This document shows, one piece after another, positions 44,701 through 59,708 of a stretch of 124,000 nt of DNA. Both the position numbers and the translations under genes were made by a program. Position 1 is the stretch's first letter; each line of letters begins with the position of its first letter. The notes below the pieces were generated by a model. The model saw only the letters and a list, made by a program, of their open reading frames with translations, did not search any database and was not told the origin of the DNA. Source of the stretch: Octopus vulgaris (taxonomy: Eukaryota); NCBI GenBank assembly GCA_951406725.2, contig OX597819.1:93268001-93392000 (forward strand), written 5' to 3'.

Positions 44701-47700
44701 CGCTCAAGGATTAAACGTTTACTTTTAGTCATATGTTTGAACAAAAAAGGAAGTGTCTTGATAGAACAAGCAACTGAGTCTAGCAAGTGAATTAAAATCA
44801 ATTATCGGTACCGTATAAAGACAGAACTGAGACGATTGTGAAGAAGTTGATATTCACAAGAACAGCACTGCTGTAATATCGTGTCAAGGAATATTTACCA
44901 TTTCGATTAGCAAAAGGAAATTACGAAACCTCTCAATCTAAAACGTTAATGCGCTTGGCTAGTAGAATTTTATTCAGCTGAACAATAACTGGTACCATAG
45001 AGTCTGTTATTGAAGTTAGAAGCATCCGCGTTATTTCCTCTCTTAATGATCCCCTGTGAACCTTAAAAGGTAGAGTTGCAGAATTTAGATAATTGCTTAA
45101 CATGTAAACATTTGAAGAATCCACAAAGATGCTGACTAGAGGTCCTACTAGAAGAACAAGATTTGAATTAATTCTCTTCTATGTGAATGTGGGTTTTTCT
45201 CTGTTCTTTGCCTCTGTCTTTAGCAAACCTCCTCTCAAAATTATATAAACGTATTTAACGTGCATTATAGGCTGTAAAGTGTAATTTCTTTTCCAAATTT
45301 AAAGCAAACCTCTTCAATATCATTATCCAAGTATCTCAATGTGGTGAGCTGGCAGAATAGTTAGCGCGCCGAACGAAATACTTAACGTCATTTAGACCGG
45401 CTTCGCCTTCGTAGTTCAAATTCCGTCTAGGTCGACTTTGCCTTTCATCCTTTCGGGGTCGATAAAATAAATACGTGTTGAACACTGGGATCGTTATGAT
45501 CGACTTACCCACAACCCCAGAATAGCTGGCTTCGGGCCAAAAATTGAAATCAATATTATTATATAAGTTTTATCTTTTAATTGTGTCAGTCATTGGACTG
45601 CGGCCGTGCTGGAGCATCACCTTGTAAGGTTTTAGTCAAATAAATTGACCACGATACTTATTTTAAAATCTGTCACTTATTCTATTGGTGCATTTTGCCG
45701 AACCGCTAAAGACGTGAGCATACCAACACCGGTTGTGAAGCGGTGGGGATAAGCACAAAACAACCATTCATAGATACGCACGCACGGACAAATACACACA
45801 CACACACACATACGACGGTCTTCCGCACACTCTCCCACTACCAAATTCACTCACAAGGCATTGGTCAATCCGAGACTGTAATCTAAAATATGCCAGAAGT
45901 GCCACGCAGAAGAAATGCTTCTGTACCATACCGCCTGTGGCTGCAAAGTGCTTCTGAACTACACAGCTGTACCTGCACTCTATGAGAAATAACAAGTCTT
46001 CTTGGCTATTTTAATAAATCTGCATAGATAATGTTACTCTATATAGGAACTATTATATTGAGGAGAAATAACCATTATTTCATGCATTCTCTTTCTAAGT
46101 TCTTTTGAGTTTTTGCCGTGAATCTCCAGTCGTATACAAATACTTCAAGTTAATTTTTCATGGTTACTACAGTAATCTAAGCAAACATGCACATGAACAA
46201 CCCATAAGCATGCACGCATGCACACATGCACACAACACATATTTATATAAGTATTGGAACACATTCTCTTGAATATTCAATCAGTTAAAAATACATACGA
46301 AGTATCGTAAGCAAGATATTAGTCATCAAGAAAGTTATAGAACGGAATATTGGATAACTAAGAATTAAAAAGGTTAATTATAGTGAAATTAAAACCAAAT
46401 TTTTTAAAAAGACAAGAATTGCACGACTGTCATTGGTTAATTTTAAACTACCTGTCTTAAAATTTAGAGCTGAAGGAATTGAATTATTGTTAAACATGTA
46501 AACGTGGGCGTTTTTAATCATGTGCTATTTGAATGTAAGATTTACTTTACGAAGAATACTTGTAGTCGTATTCAAGTTCTTTAGCTTTTGCTTGTTCATT
46601 GAGTCGAAAAAGCAATATTCTCAATGCTTAAAATTTAATTTAGGAAAACGAACTGTCTTTTCTTGCATAAAGAAGACCAGTAAAGGCATTCAAATTCTAC
46701 GGCCATTTTACTACAACCAAATGACGTACGGAATTCACGCTATGGTTTGAGCTGATAAACGCTTGAGACTTGAACGTGGTGAAATTGGTATTGAGTTTCC
46801 CTAGATGATTTAGGAAGGTAAAATAGGACAATAAAATATTAGGCAATTTTCTTCCATTACTAATGACATATGATAACATACGCTTTTTTCTTTACAGATC
46901 TAAATAACAGCTGCTCTATTTTATCGCTTTTGCTTCTTGCAGTATATTGTAATTCAGCTGCATTCTTTTCTTTAGTTTTTCTATAAATTTTTCATTAATT
47001 TACCAATCTTTAATGATCATAACACTCTTGTGATGTAAATGATCTTGCCATACTGACGTGAGAAATTGTAATATGATGAAGTTTCTAGCCTAACACATTA
47101 AAGTAGACACACTTTTGCGTTAATTGCAGTTAATCAATAGTATCAAATTTGTCTTAAATCAATTCTTTGAGGAACTACAATTGTCGTATGGATTAATTGT
47201 GCTGTTGTTGTTACTGGTATATTTTCTCTTTGCACCCATTCCAAGTACATCCTCAGAACCGAGCAGAAAATATGGTTCCAATCGTGATGCTTCTCTAATA
47301 TTGTCTAGGTCAGCGAGCCTCATATCTTTATTACTTATGTTCCTTCGTATTTAGATCATTCTAATATTATACAATAGCTGGCTTTGTGATAAAAACTTGA
47401 AAGTATTATGAACACAATAGATAAAATGGCCAACTGGCAGAATCGTAAGCATGCTGAGCAAAATGCTTTGCGGGATTTCGTCCGCCCTTACTTACGGAAG
47501 TTGACTTTGCATTTCATCCTTTCGAGGTCGATAAAATAAGCACTTGATGAACACTGGAGATGATGTAATCGACTAATCCCCTCCCCCGAAATTGCTGGCC
47601 TTGTGCAAAAAATTTTAAACCGATATTAATATGATAGATAAGGTGGCACGCTGGTACAATTGTTATGGCACCAGACAAAATGCTTAGCGATATTTTTTTC

Positions 47701-49859
47701 TGATTCTTTACGTTCTGAGTAAAAAATTCAGCCGAGGTTAACTTTGCCTTCTAGCCTTTGGGGGAATTACTAGAATAATTACCCGTTGAGCACTGTGGTT
47801 GATGTAATCCACGTCCTCCTTCCCTCAAAATTACTGGTCTTCTAATACAATTTGAAACAGTTTAAACATGATAGAATCTTCGTAGAAGTCACTTGGCTCA
47901 GTGTTCAGGCTGTCGGATTGGTGAGCGATCAGGCATGGGTTTGATTACTGGGCCCGTAAGCATATTATATCCTTTGCGCAAGACCCTTCGTTTCACGTTC
48001 TTCTAAAAATGAAAATGCTTATCCTGCAAAACGAAGGCTAGCAGAATATTCGCCCTAAATCTTGCAAATGCAAAATGCCATATTAGCTCCACATGTCAAC
48101 GATCTTTGATAGCTTCAAGTATACTAGGTGATGAGTGCCTTTGTATTTAAAGTGTTAACTATGCTTTCGGCTAAAGGAGAGTGGATTGATGCTGAACGAA
48201 GTAGCTGCTGAAAAAAAGATAGACGTGTACTAGTAGAGGGAAGTGGTAACGGTCGAACAGAAAAGATGAAAGGAACATCAGTTAGTAGGCATATAATCAC
48301 ACTGTTACATATGCCAGAGTGCGTACGTGCATGATTGTGAATAGCCATGGTAGTGTTAGTAGGAACTTTGGTTGTTGGTATTGTCGTTGGGGGCGGAGTA
48401 AATGTGGTATTTCTGGAAGCGTCAGGAAGGTGACGCATGCACTTTAGTGCAAGTAAATGTCGTCTGCTAGTCAATGAAAAATGCATCTGGATATTCTCTT
48501 CGTAAATTTCAATATTCAAAAAGTGACTGCTATATTTCTATTAAAACTTTAATAAAGCTATTTTTATTTCATTATGGGTTGTTCTGTCAAGCATCAAATA
48601 TCTTGAAAAGTTACCTAACATTCAATTTGAAAATAATGAGCTGCAATAAGATATGGCAGAATGTTTGCAAATTAACTGGAGTGAGACAGGGAAGATGGAG
48701 AGATCGAATGCAGACGTCAAAATGAAATATGGGGCAAAGAGAAAGTAAGCTCTCAAAAATGCTGAAATATGCGAAGTTAGGAGGTAAAATCGCTACCTTA
48801 ATATGATCGAAAGAGACATAAGAGGATGAAATAAGAAGTCATTTGGAAAAAATAATACTAAAGAAAAATGAAAGCAGGTTATGAATGCTAAGAAAAATAT
48901 CTACTTGGAACAAATATCTACTCGAAACAAAAATTATGAAAGAATAGGAAATGAATTTAATGACAAGGACATATTTAGAACATACACAAAACAGAAACAC
49001 AAGAAGCGAAGTACAGTTGCTAGAACTTTAAAGAATGAGAGAAATGCAATTTATCTACTTAGTCAAGATTTATGGCTTCGCAGTGAATTATTAAACTGCT
49101 GCCTAAACAGCAGAGTTCAATTGCTAAATTTGGTGGACTATCTGCTGCGTTAAAGAACAGAATTATAACAAGCAACCGTCAACATTTTAGACACCATATT
49201 CCAATCTATAACCACGCCTTCTCAATTTTTGAAGCAAATTTCTCGTATAGGTGGGGACTGAACTGTTTCTGCAATCAAGGACAAATATGTTATTACCTAC
49301 TTAATTGTTACCCCAGAGAGAATTATCAGCTTTACATCACGAACGCAGCGATAGTAGTGAGAGTAAGAGCACGAACGCTTCAAAATAATCACTGTCTATA
49401 GTCAGAGATGAATATAATGACTACAAAACTATAAAAATGGTAAGACAAGAAAAACGAATGTCTTCAGAAAACTTTGCTCCACGAAGAATCTCTATACTTT
49501 TCATCAGGTCCAGAGCCTAAATAGTAGAACATTCCTTGAGGTATAGGGTTACTTCAATATGTTCCGTAGGGGCTGGAGCACCACAAGAATACAGAGACAA
49601 AGTTATCTGCCCAAAAGTACATTTCGGTAGCACATTTTCCTCTCCTGCCATCTTAATCCCACTGCATAGCAGCCTGAGCAAGTGTCTGCTACTATAGACC
49701 CAAATCAGTTCATGTTTCGTCAGCGAATCTGAAAGGCGGAAACATATTTGCGTGTCACTTGGAGAAAAAGGGTGGCACGTAAATATGTATCTTATGCAAG
49801 GACATCAGACGTGCTTATCAAAGTTTATAATGTTACAATACTACAGCTATCGATTTGCA

Positions 49860-49913
<54 letters not shown>

Positions 49914-52296
49914 GTAACTATCTATCTGTCTGTCTGTCTATCTATTTATCTATCTATCTATCTAACTATCTTTCTGTCTATCTACACATCTATCAGTATG
50001 TTTGGTTGTCTATCTATCTTTCTGGCTGTCAGTCTATTTTTATTTCTGCCTGTCTCTCTACCTATCTACCTGCTATTTCTTCTTCCGATTCTCAGTTTTC
50101 GCTCTGACATATTGTTTATTGATCTCCCAATCTGAGCGGAAATATTTATGCAAATGTATACATATATCTTTTATCATTCATTTGTGGAAGCCATTGGACT
50201 GCGACTATGCTGGAGTACCGCCATGAAGGTTTTGTCGAACGGATCAACTACAGCACTTATTCTTTAAAGTCTAATACTTATTTCATTGTCTGATAAAGTC
50301 TGATAATATTTTTAAGTATGTCTGATGCTTATTTTTTAAATAAGTCTGATAGAGACTTAAATAAGTCTGATAGAGACTTAAATAAGTCTGAAGTTATCTG
50401 CATTTCGACAGAGATTCGACCTGCTGAAATAACAGTCAAACCTTCCTTAAATCATACCCTACCACTTTTAATTAACGAAACAACGCATTAGAAATTTTTA
50501 AAAAAGACAGTTCGCCGTGAATGGAATATAAGATCTGGTCGATTGGATTTAACCTGTGGCTAAACAACATCAGCAGCAACAGCCACACCGACAACCTCAA
50601 CAACACATTCATGATTTATTAAATGTTAAGTTTACTGTGTGCAAACGTACTGAATGAACGAAAGAGTGAGTAGGTTTGTGCGAGACAGCGTATCTGCAAT
50701 AATATGCATGTATGCACTAACGCATGCTTCTATATGCGAGTAAAGGTTAAATATTCTCTCGCTCTATGATATGATATCGAAAAGAAAGGAATGTAGCAGC
50801 AGATATTATTTTGCTAATGGCTACATTTCCATTGTATTATTTTCTAGAACATTTCTTGTTTTCTTCTGTTACTAAGTTCATTCTAACAAAGTTACAATAT
50901 TGTAGGCAAAATACGAGCATCTGAAACATGCAATATATGGAAAACAAAAGCTTTTGTAAATAGATCAAATTTGGTCTACAAATAATAAACCTGCAAAGAA
51001 AAATGAACTGCAAAAACACAGAAAAGATCTTTCATCTCTTTGATTGTTCTTTTTTAATTTCAGTATAACCTTTGAATTTACGTTTGGGTTCCTGAAAGAT
51101 AACTGTAGATATCTAAATAGCATTGATACAATAAAAAGTTACTAACACTGTTAATCATCAATAGCTGCCATTATAATAAATAAACGAATAAAATAATACA
51201 ACACTCAAAATAAAATATTGAAGCTACATTCTAATTATTGCAATTTTATTCTACGAATTTACATCGTATTTAGTTTGTTCGTTTTTGATTTTTAGATTTT
51301 CCCTCCTTTTGTTTTTTCGCTAGATATTTTAATACATTGTTCTAAAATAAAAACACGTGATTTTCTTCGTCTAATAATATCTGGGGAACAGTCATTAAAT
51401 CGTTAAACTGCAGCAGTGCAAAATTTTAAGATTCATTTCCTGTCGTTGAACCTTTACTGAAATTCACGTCATAGCAATTGATCTAAACACACAGCCATTA
51501 AAAATACTAGACATAATGTTTGAATTTTAATATACGTCTATTAATTACGCACCAATGTCGATAAGTTATCCGCTTATTTCATTTGATATCAAATACAAAA
51601 TATTCAACAGCTGCTTTTGCATTGATATGATGTTTGAAAGTATCATTATTGACTTGGCGTCGACTTCCGGTTTTATTACGAAAGACAGTCAACTGAAATA
51701 TTGCACTTAGAATCAGGTAACTTTCGTGCTGAGAATTCAACAATACAAAACTGCTGAATATTGGAATAGCTACCGAATTTTGTGAATGACAAATGTGGAT
51801 ACATACATCAGACTCCTATTTATAACAGTTATAGCCACGAGATGCTCAAAAGAAATCAATACTGTTATTAACTGAAAGATAAGCATTAATTATTGACTTG
51901 TTGGGATTAGGTATGAGGCCACTTGTTGAAGAGACGGAATGTAGTTGGTTAAATCACTTCCATTACACTACACATCTTTCTTTTATTGATCTTGGTGTAT
52001 GAAATATGATGTCAACCTCAGCATAATCAGAAATCGGAACCCAGTGAGACGACATATATATACTTTAAGACCGTTGTTTTTTACTGCATCAGATACATCA
52101 AAGATTCCAGGGTTGACACTGAGATTTATTTATGACTTGGGAACACGGCCACAAGCCAATAAATGAAAGGCTTTGTCGATTGAATCAATTTCAATATATA
52201 TATATATGTGTGTGTGTGTGGTGCTCATTTTATTGACAGGTACCATATCTAAGGACATTGCCCTTTTATAGTAATAAATACATATGAAAATATATT

Positions 52297-52342
<46 letters not shown>

Positions 52343-52344
52343 AA

Positions 52345-52760
52345 ATATAAATTTATATCTTGAGTGACAACAACGCTCAAGATATACAACGGACTGGAAA
52401 TAGAAGTGCTCTAATGAGCTGTATACAGTTTTTTATCCGAGGGGGGGCAATGCGAGCAACAACCACAGGAACATCAGAAAATCCACAGAATGACAAAGAC
52501 ATACAAATCTTCATATACTCATTTATATCTATAAAGCCCGACATTTAAACATTTTTTAATTTAGTAATATATAAATATATCATATAAAAATATAAATTTT
52601 GCATATATATTACTAAATTTTAAAAATGTTAAATGTCGGGCTTTATAGATATAAATGAGTATATGAAGATTTGTATGTGTTTGGTCATTCTGTGGATTTT
52701 CTGATGTTCCTGTGGTTGTTGCTCGCATTGCCACCCCTCGGATAAAAAAGTATACATATA
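52345..52760. repeat. Foldback element; single-arm relative at 102825-103035
   Basis: 52425-52560 is the reverse complement of 52620-52757. Confidence 0.8.
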
Positions 52761-52870
52761 TAAATACACGAATATGTATCTATATTTGTGTGTGCGTGTG
52801 TGTGAGTATATACATATGTACGTATAAATATATGTGTGTATGCCTGTGTGCACACACACGGATTTATATA

Positions 52871-53959
52871 CAGTGACTGGACAAAATGATGTATACAACA
52901 CTATATATTTAACTTTTTTTCTTTTGGCAATATAACTAATTCTAAACAGCTCTAATCTGTATATGAGAAGATATATTTAAATAAGTCAAAATGCATGGTC
53001 TATCTAAAATGCTGGAGTGCGGATGGTTGGATCCTCAGTCACGGAAACTGCTGTATTGTGTAATGTTTCGAAAACATTCGAAAAGTACATTCTCTAAAAT
53101 CATGTTGGCATTCTAAAGCCTAGAAAAATCCAGCAACATAATTCTGGATGGAAAACAAAGCTCACAGAGACAGTAGTAAAACATATTTTGTCTGAAATCC
53201 ATTGAACTGCGGCAGCCAAAGTAACAGCAGAGCTAAGCCACATTGTGTCAACTAAAATCATTCCTGCTGAGTTCTATAAACTGGGAAACATAAACGTTTC
53301 TTAACCATGATCGACATTGACAAGAGTAAAAAATGGTGTCTCAAAAATCAGAAGTAGTTAGTGGCTGAATGGAACAATATCGTCTCTGATGAATTCATCG
53401 TTCAACTACTTACTCACTTAGGACGAGTTTATGTCTAGAGATTGCTTCTCCCATACCACGATGGACTGAGGTGACACTGTAATGATTTGGACAGCTATTT
53501 CACGGAATTCTTTTGGATTAGTTTTTTTCTACGTGGAAAGGTTAACACCAAGGATTCACTGAGTATTTTGGCTAATCATATTCACCCTTTGGGACAAAGA
53601 TTGTTCCCTTATAGGGCAACTTTCCAAGATAATAATGAACCGATTAACATGGTTAATGTTCTTCAGCTGTACAAAGAGCACAAAAGTATTGTTCACCCAA
53701 TCTCATAGGCCTCCAAAATCACCGGATCTCAAATTAATCGAAAATTTCCTGGGTATTTTCAAGCAGAAAGCGATGAGTCACTCCCTCTACCATTGCTTGG
53801 TTTTACTTGAAGAAAGATGGAAAATTGCGTTTAGAAACATGTACACATTCATTCCTTGACGTATTAATGTTGTAATTGCAACCAATAGTGGACCAACTCT
53901 GTATTAAATAATACAGCTTCCATTTAACAAGGTATTTCCGTAATTTTGTCCCACCCCTG
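52871..53959 (+). mobile_element. Decayed Tc1-like element with imperfect TIRs and TA target duplication
   Basis: TA|CAGTGACTGGACAAAAT..ATTTTGTCCCACCCCTG|TA. Remnant PKSPDLKLIENFLGIF..CIPXRINVVIATNSGPTLY. Confidence 0.75.
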
Positions 53960-53985
53960 TACCTATATGTGTGTGTTTGTACGTG

Positions 53986-54053
<68 letters not shown>

Positions 54054-54378
54054 CAAAATAAGCAGCAGGATATCAAATAGTAATACTGTAGACCGATTCA
54101 AGCAGCTACATTTAATTGAACACTGCATTCATTACATCATTATAAATATAGCGCCATCTTCAGCTGCCCAAAAGAATATTTGGAGCTTCAACAGGTAGGG
54201 TACATTAATGTAATTGTTAAATTAAATGGAGATGCTTGAAACGGTCGTACTGCATTACTACTGGATAGCCTGTTGCTTATTTTGATTTTATTCACCCTAC
54301 TTCGAGCTGTGCGGGTAACACCGACTGACTTGGTGTTTCAACTTAAGTACCTAATTCAACTAATCTTCATTAATTCTC

Positions 54379-54423
<45 letters not shown>

Positions 54424-55009
54424 GTCGTATGTGTATAAGCAGTAAAAATGTTACCGTTACTTTCGCACTGACTATTTTCACGATTTTTGAGACATATTGG
54501 CCGGAAACGCATTGCCACCTTTGTACGGGACACTAGGTTCACTTGTTGGTAGTAAAAACTGAAGAAGCTCTGTAACTATGAGTGCAGAGGTGTATGCGTG
54601 TGATATATGTGTGCGTGTGTGTCGTTCCCTAGTTCAAATTCCAGGAATGTTAAGTTGCATAGATGAATTTATTTGAAATTTTCACCTAAAATGTCTTTGC
54701 ATATTGCTGCATCTTCAAACTTCTTGCACTTCAGGATAAATTTCCTTTCTTTGAGGCTTAGTCCGTCTCTCTTCAATATTTCTAAAAGGTTAAACCAAAA
54801 AAGAAATGAAAACTAAGTGGTCATCTGTAAAAATGTGTAAACATTTTATTGGAACACCCTGTGTGTATATGGACAGATAGATACATACATGCATGCATGC
54901 ATGCATACATACATACATGCATACATACATACATACATACATACATACATAGGGGAGAATTAAAAAAAAAACAAAGACGAAGAGAGGCGGTGTAGACAAC
55001 AAACAGATC

Positions 55010-55125
55010 TATTGGTATAATGCTCGGGAATTGAAAAAGTCTTTAACGTTTCGAGCCTTCGCTCTTCCACAGAAAGGAACACAGAAAGAAACAAGGGGAG
55101 AGAATAAAGAGAGAAAATAAAGATA
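55010..55125 (-). mobile_element. Short hammerhead-bearing element (CUGUNGA family); ribozyme 55041-55076
   Basis: Minus strand: cttt CTGTGGA a gagc-gaag-gctc GAAA cg T T aaag. Confidence 0.65.
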
Positions 55126-55627
55126 CATACATACATACATACATACATACATACATACATACACACATACATACATGCTGCATGCATAGATATATACTGC
55201 ATAAATACGTATATGGATATGTCTCTGTTTATGTGAATGAAAACTGTATAGATGTTAATATATGGGTGGAAAGAATGGTCGTATTATATGCATATAATCG
55301 CGTGTGTGTGTGTTAGAGGGAGAGAGAGTGTGTGTGTGTGTGAGAAGATAATATAAAAGAGAGAGTGAGAAAGAGAGAGAGGTCAATGCTACTTTTTTCA
55401 CACAAATGTCGATAAAAAGAAAAATCTACTAAAGGTGATAAAACGTGGTCACAATTGAGTGACTGAAATATGCGAAGGAATAAATGCGTGTGTGTGTACA
55501 TGTATGTATATGTGTGTGTGTGTATGTATGTATATGTGTAAATATATACATATGTATATGTATGTATATATATGCAAATATACATATATATATACATATA
55601 TATATACATAGATATATATATAGACAT

Positions 55628-55666
<39 letters not shown>

Positions 55667-55685
55667 TAGATATATATATATACAC

Positions 55686-55721
<36 letters not shown>

Positions 55722-55736
55722 GTGCATCTGTATATG

Positions 55737-55787
<51 letters not shown>

Positions 55788-57294
55788 GTGCATCTGTATA
55801 TGTATGTATATGTGTATACGTATATATATATGTGCGCGCGCGAGTGTGTGCATGTGTGTGTGTGTATATATATATGTATACATGTATGTATGCATGCATA
55901 CGTATGTATGTATGTATGCATGCGTATGTATGTATGCATGCATACGTATTTATGTATGTATGCATGCATACGTATTTATGTATGTATGCATGTATGTATG
56001 TATGTATGTATGTATGTATGTATGTATGTATGTATGTATGTATGTATGTATGTGCAAGTATATGGTGCACTGGACTGATCAATGTATAAGTTGATAATAT
56101 GGGTGGATTCACAGATGGATGGAAAAATGAATGGAGGAATTTGCACAAATTCTTCTACAGAAGGATAGCCGAAAAAAAAATGGTAGCTTCCTATATTATA
56201 TTTAACCTTCTGTCAGCCAATATTTTCGCACTGCGTAGCGGCAAAGATTACTAATAATATAACCTAAATCCATCAGCTTAAAGTTTGGGGTTTCCTCAGA
56301 CTACAACGGCTATAAATAGCACAGCATCTGGATCTGCTAAGAAGAGGCTGTTGATGATAACTGAGTTTTTATACTTTTTCCTCTGTTGTTTTATATGTAT
56401 TTATTTTAAGGTGGGTGGGTTTCTCTTGATAATGTATGCGTTACTTGGTGCCCGTCTGTAACTGTGTATGAATATATGTATGTAGGTTTGCGTGTAGCGC
56501 CGACACGTCCTACTTCTCTCTTTTCCTTTCCCTCTCTCTCGACCTACTCTTTCTCACTCTATCTCCATTCATTGCTGTGTATGTTTCTCTATATCTGCCC
56601 ATACATATACACTTACACACACAACATATATATGCACGTATATATTCATCCATACATATTACACATGCACATACGCACGAGTCTACGTTTTTTTTGTTTT
56701 GTTTTTTTTTTAAGGCAAGTTCTCTCAACAAACAAGGGGATTTTCTCTTTCGGCAAAGAATTAACTTTTGAAGTAACAGACCTGCCCTTAGTACAAATAC
56801 ATAGGTTTCAAATTTTGGCACAAGGCCTGTAATTTCGCACGAGGGGTAAGTCGATTCCATCCATCCCAGTTTTCCACACGCACTTATTTTATCGACCTCC
56901 GAAAAGATAAAATTAAAGCAGACTGCTGTGGTATTTGAACTCCGAACGTAAAGACGGACGAAATACAACAAAGTAGTTTTGCCGGAGTCCTTACGATTCT
57001 GCCAGTTCACAACCTCGGAAATGCAGCTATGTTATCATATATATATATATATATTCTCATTAACCATACACATATAACAGGTATTTAGCACTGATTACGA
57101 ACCAATATACTAAAAAAAAAAAGATATGTAATAGGGTCCGTAATTTACATTTGAATAGGTTTGGTCATCAATTGAAATAAGGTTTTGCACAAATGGATGT
57201 ACAAATGGTCTAAGATAGCTTTTAAAAAAATGAAGAAAACTTGGGAGTATGAGTATTCCTGAAATCGATGAGGCATCATACATACATACATACA

Positions 57295-57337
<43 letters not shown>

Positions 57338-57365
57338 GTATATATATATATACGTATATATATAT

Positions 57366-57998
57366 GTGTCTTCAATACAACCATCTGGCTTTAACTTGGT
57401 TTAAAATTCCTTGGTTTGTTTGGGCAAGACAGTTTTTTCACCCCTTGCTGCTTGGTAGGTGTGCAAATGCACATATTTGTGTAGGTGTGTTGATATTATT
57501 GAAAAATGTAGTTCACCATGAAAATATGAGATCCATGAAATTCCTGAACTGTGAAGGCCAAAGTAAATGACTTGCTGTCAGAGACACTTGTGTTGGGTGA
57601 CTTGTTCTGCTTCAGATAGGAATGGTCCAACCAATCTGTTTTAATGTGTTGTTAGAATATCTACTGTAGTTAACATCTTGGATGTTGGGGCAGCCACTGA
57701 AGTTAACAATTGTTAGCTTGGGGCAGAATTTTAGTACAAGTTCTACTGATTTGTTAGATATCTTTTCAATATTCCGAAGGACCATCTCCTCAAGTGTGTT
57801 ATGACAACAACCTGCAACTAGGGAAGCAATCCCAGCGTCAGTGATTGAATTTCTACTGAAGTCTATACTCCTCAAGTAATGGCAATTTTCTCCCAGAGCT
57901 TGCATTGCTACGTCTGTGACTTTGGAACATTGGCTTAAATTTAAACAATGAATATTCCGGCAGGATCTAGACAAAGCTACCACAGTAGCATCATCGCA
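57366..57998 (-). pseudogene. AMN1: 5'-truncated, uninterrupted copy of AMN1 (LRR protein, antagonist of mitotic exit network 1 homolog); CDS about 57998-57612 plus ~245 nt of putative 3' UTR
   Basis: VVALSRSCRNIHCLNLSQCSKVTDVAMQALGENCHYLRSIDFS..LVAGCCHNTLEE..CPKLTIVNFSGCP..LKQIGWTIPI matches, from memory, the vertebrate AMN1 C-terminus (ALGKNCPFLQCVDFS..LKQVTWTVY). No AG acceptor upstream; fused directly to the PLE. Confidence 0.8.
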
Positions 57999-58003
57999 CG
58001 GCG

Positions 58004-59179
58004 ATGGGAACGAGGTTTGCTCCCGTTTACGCCAACTCTGTAATGGGATACTTAGAAGAACAACTCTACCAAGAGGTGGAGGTAAACTATGGCACTGGAT
58101 TTAGAAAGTATATTGAAAAGGCATGGAAGAGATACCTAGACGACTGTTTCATAATCTGGACAGAATCTCTAAATACTCTGGAAGAGTTCAATATCCTCCT
58201 GAACAACCTACACCCATCTCTCAAATTTACAAAGGAGATGAGTAGTACCAAATTACCATTCCTGGATATAATGGTAATTAAAAAAGACACCACCATCACC
58301 ACAGATATATACTATAAACACACAGACACACATCAATACCTAAATTTTAAGTCGTGCCATCCACCACATACAAAACGTAACATCCCATACTGCCTAGCCA
58401 GAAGAATTTGTACTATTGTAGAAGATGCAAATATCAGGAACAAACGCCTAATAGAACTAAGAGAATTTTTGCTCAAACAAAAATACCCATCTCTACTTAT
58501 AGAAAATGGCATACAGCGGGCTATAAAAATACCTATACAACAACTTAGGACAACCCAAGGAAGAGGAAAACAAGAACAAGTCATACCATTCATAGTGACA
58601 CACAACCCATGTCACCAGAATATCTTCAACATTGCCAAAGCAAACCTACCAATCATTGCCCAAAGTAATGAATTAAAAGACATAATCAAGGATCGAGCTA
58701 TGGTGCTTAGTAAAAGACAGCCTAAAAACTTGAAAACATTACTAACAAAGGCTAAATTTGACCTCAGCAACAAAGACCAAACATTCACGGTATCTAAATG
58801 CAATGATAGCCGATGTGGCACATGCCAATTCATACATACCGGTCAATATATAAACACAAAAACCGGGAAAATATTCACAAACGCGAATATGAACTGCAAA
58901 AGCAGAAATTTAATTTACTGCATCAAATGCCCAAATTGTGAAGAAATATATGTAGGTCAGACGGGAAACGCACTATTAGAACGCTCACGTGTACACCGGC
59001 AACAGATTAGAGACCCAGAGGTCCGTCAGATACCTTTGAGTAACCACCTAGCAACATGTGGTCGGAAAATATATATAATATTTCCATTCTACAAATTACA
59101 CAGCCCAAGTGAAATCGAGAGGAAAATCAGAGAAAAGAATTTTATTGATAAATTCGAACCCAAGCTAAATAAGCAATAA
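58004..59179 (+). CDS. PLE RT (C-terminal half) plus GIY-YIG endonuclease, 391 aa, N-terminally truncated
   Basis: MGTRFAPVYANSVMG, WKRYLDDCF, CNDSRCGTC linker, NLIYCIKCPNC..YVGQT..LERSRVH. No stops. Confidence 0.9.
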   Translation: MGTRFAPVYANSVMGYLEEQLYQEVEVNYGTGFRKYIEKAWKRYLDDCFIIWTESLNTLEEFNILLNNLHPSLKFTKEMSSTKLPFLDIMVIKKDTTITTDIYYKHTDTHQYLNFKSCHPPHTKRNIPYCLARRICTIVEDANIRNKRLIELREFLLKQKYPSLLIENGIQRAIKIPIQQLRTTQGRGKQEQVIPFIVTHNPCHQNIFNIAKANLPIIAQSNELKDIIKDRAMVLSKRQPKNLKTLLTKAKFDLSNKDQTFTVSKCNDSRCGTCQFIHTGQYINTKTGKIFTNANMNCKSRNLIYCIKCPNCEEIYVGQTGNALLERSRVHRQQIRDPEVRQIPLSNHLATCGRKIYIIFPFYKLHSPSEIERKIREKNFIDKFEPKLNKQ

Positions 59180-59665
59180 TAATAATACTTAGAGGTATTA
59201 CTTCCACTGCTACGACCATGATCACTAACAACAACAACAATACTAAAGGTGATCAAGACGAAGATAGCAGGAAAATTATCTTATTTAGGGTTAAAAGTTC
59301 TATTGCCACCACCATCACCACTAGCAACAATAATTAAGGTGCTGACAATGATGATGATGACAATTGAAATATAAAAATATAAAAATCTCTGACAAAGGAT
59401 ATTTACAACATTTCTAAAAATAACCCAACAATTGCTGCTTCGGCCAGGGTCAAGATACAGGACTCTTGACCTGTCCAACAAAGCGTGATGCCTAAACCAA
59501 TCAGCTCAACCAACCAATCAGCTTAAGTAATTGAGTGATACTACACACTGATTGGTCAGAATACAGTTTGCAAAACCTAGCACATCTGGAGCCTACCCAG
59601 CTGTATTTATATATCACTCATCTTGCTACAGTCAAAAATAAGCATGACTGTCAACACTACTACAT

Positions 59666-59708
59666 GAACCCGAAGATTGCAGAATTCAATGCATGAAAGT
59701 ACTAGTGT
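59666..59708 (+). ncRNA. Hammerhead-like motif in the 3' end of PLE 2 (degenerate)
   Basis: ac CCGAAGA ttgca-gaattcaa-tgcat GAAA gtac T A gt: palindromic stem III, U4 changed to C, weak stem I. Confidence 0.5.

Noticed and set aside
46860-47340. Short minus-strand coding-like stretches (IRRNISNKDMRL.., NEKFIEKLKKRM..)
   Set aside because: Bounded by in-frame stops with no usable splice sites and no recognisable homology.
50330-50395. 21-bp direct repeats (TAAATAAGTCTGATAGAGACT) as a CRISPR-like array
   Set aside because: Contiguous tandem units without spacers, in eukaryotic context, with no cas genes.
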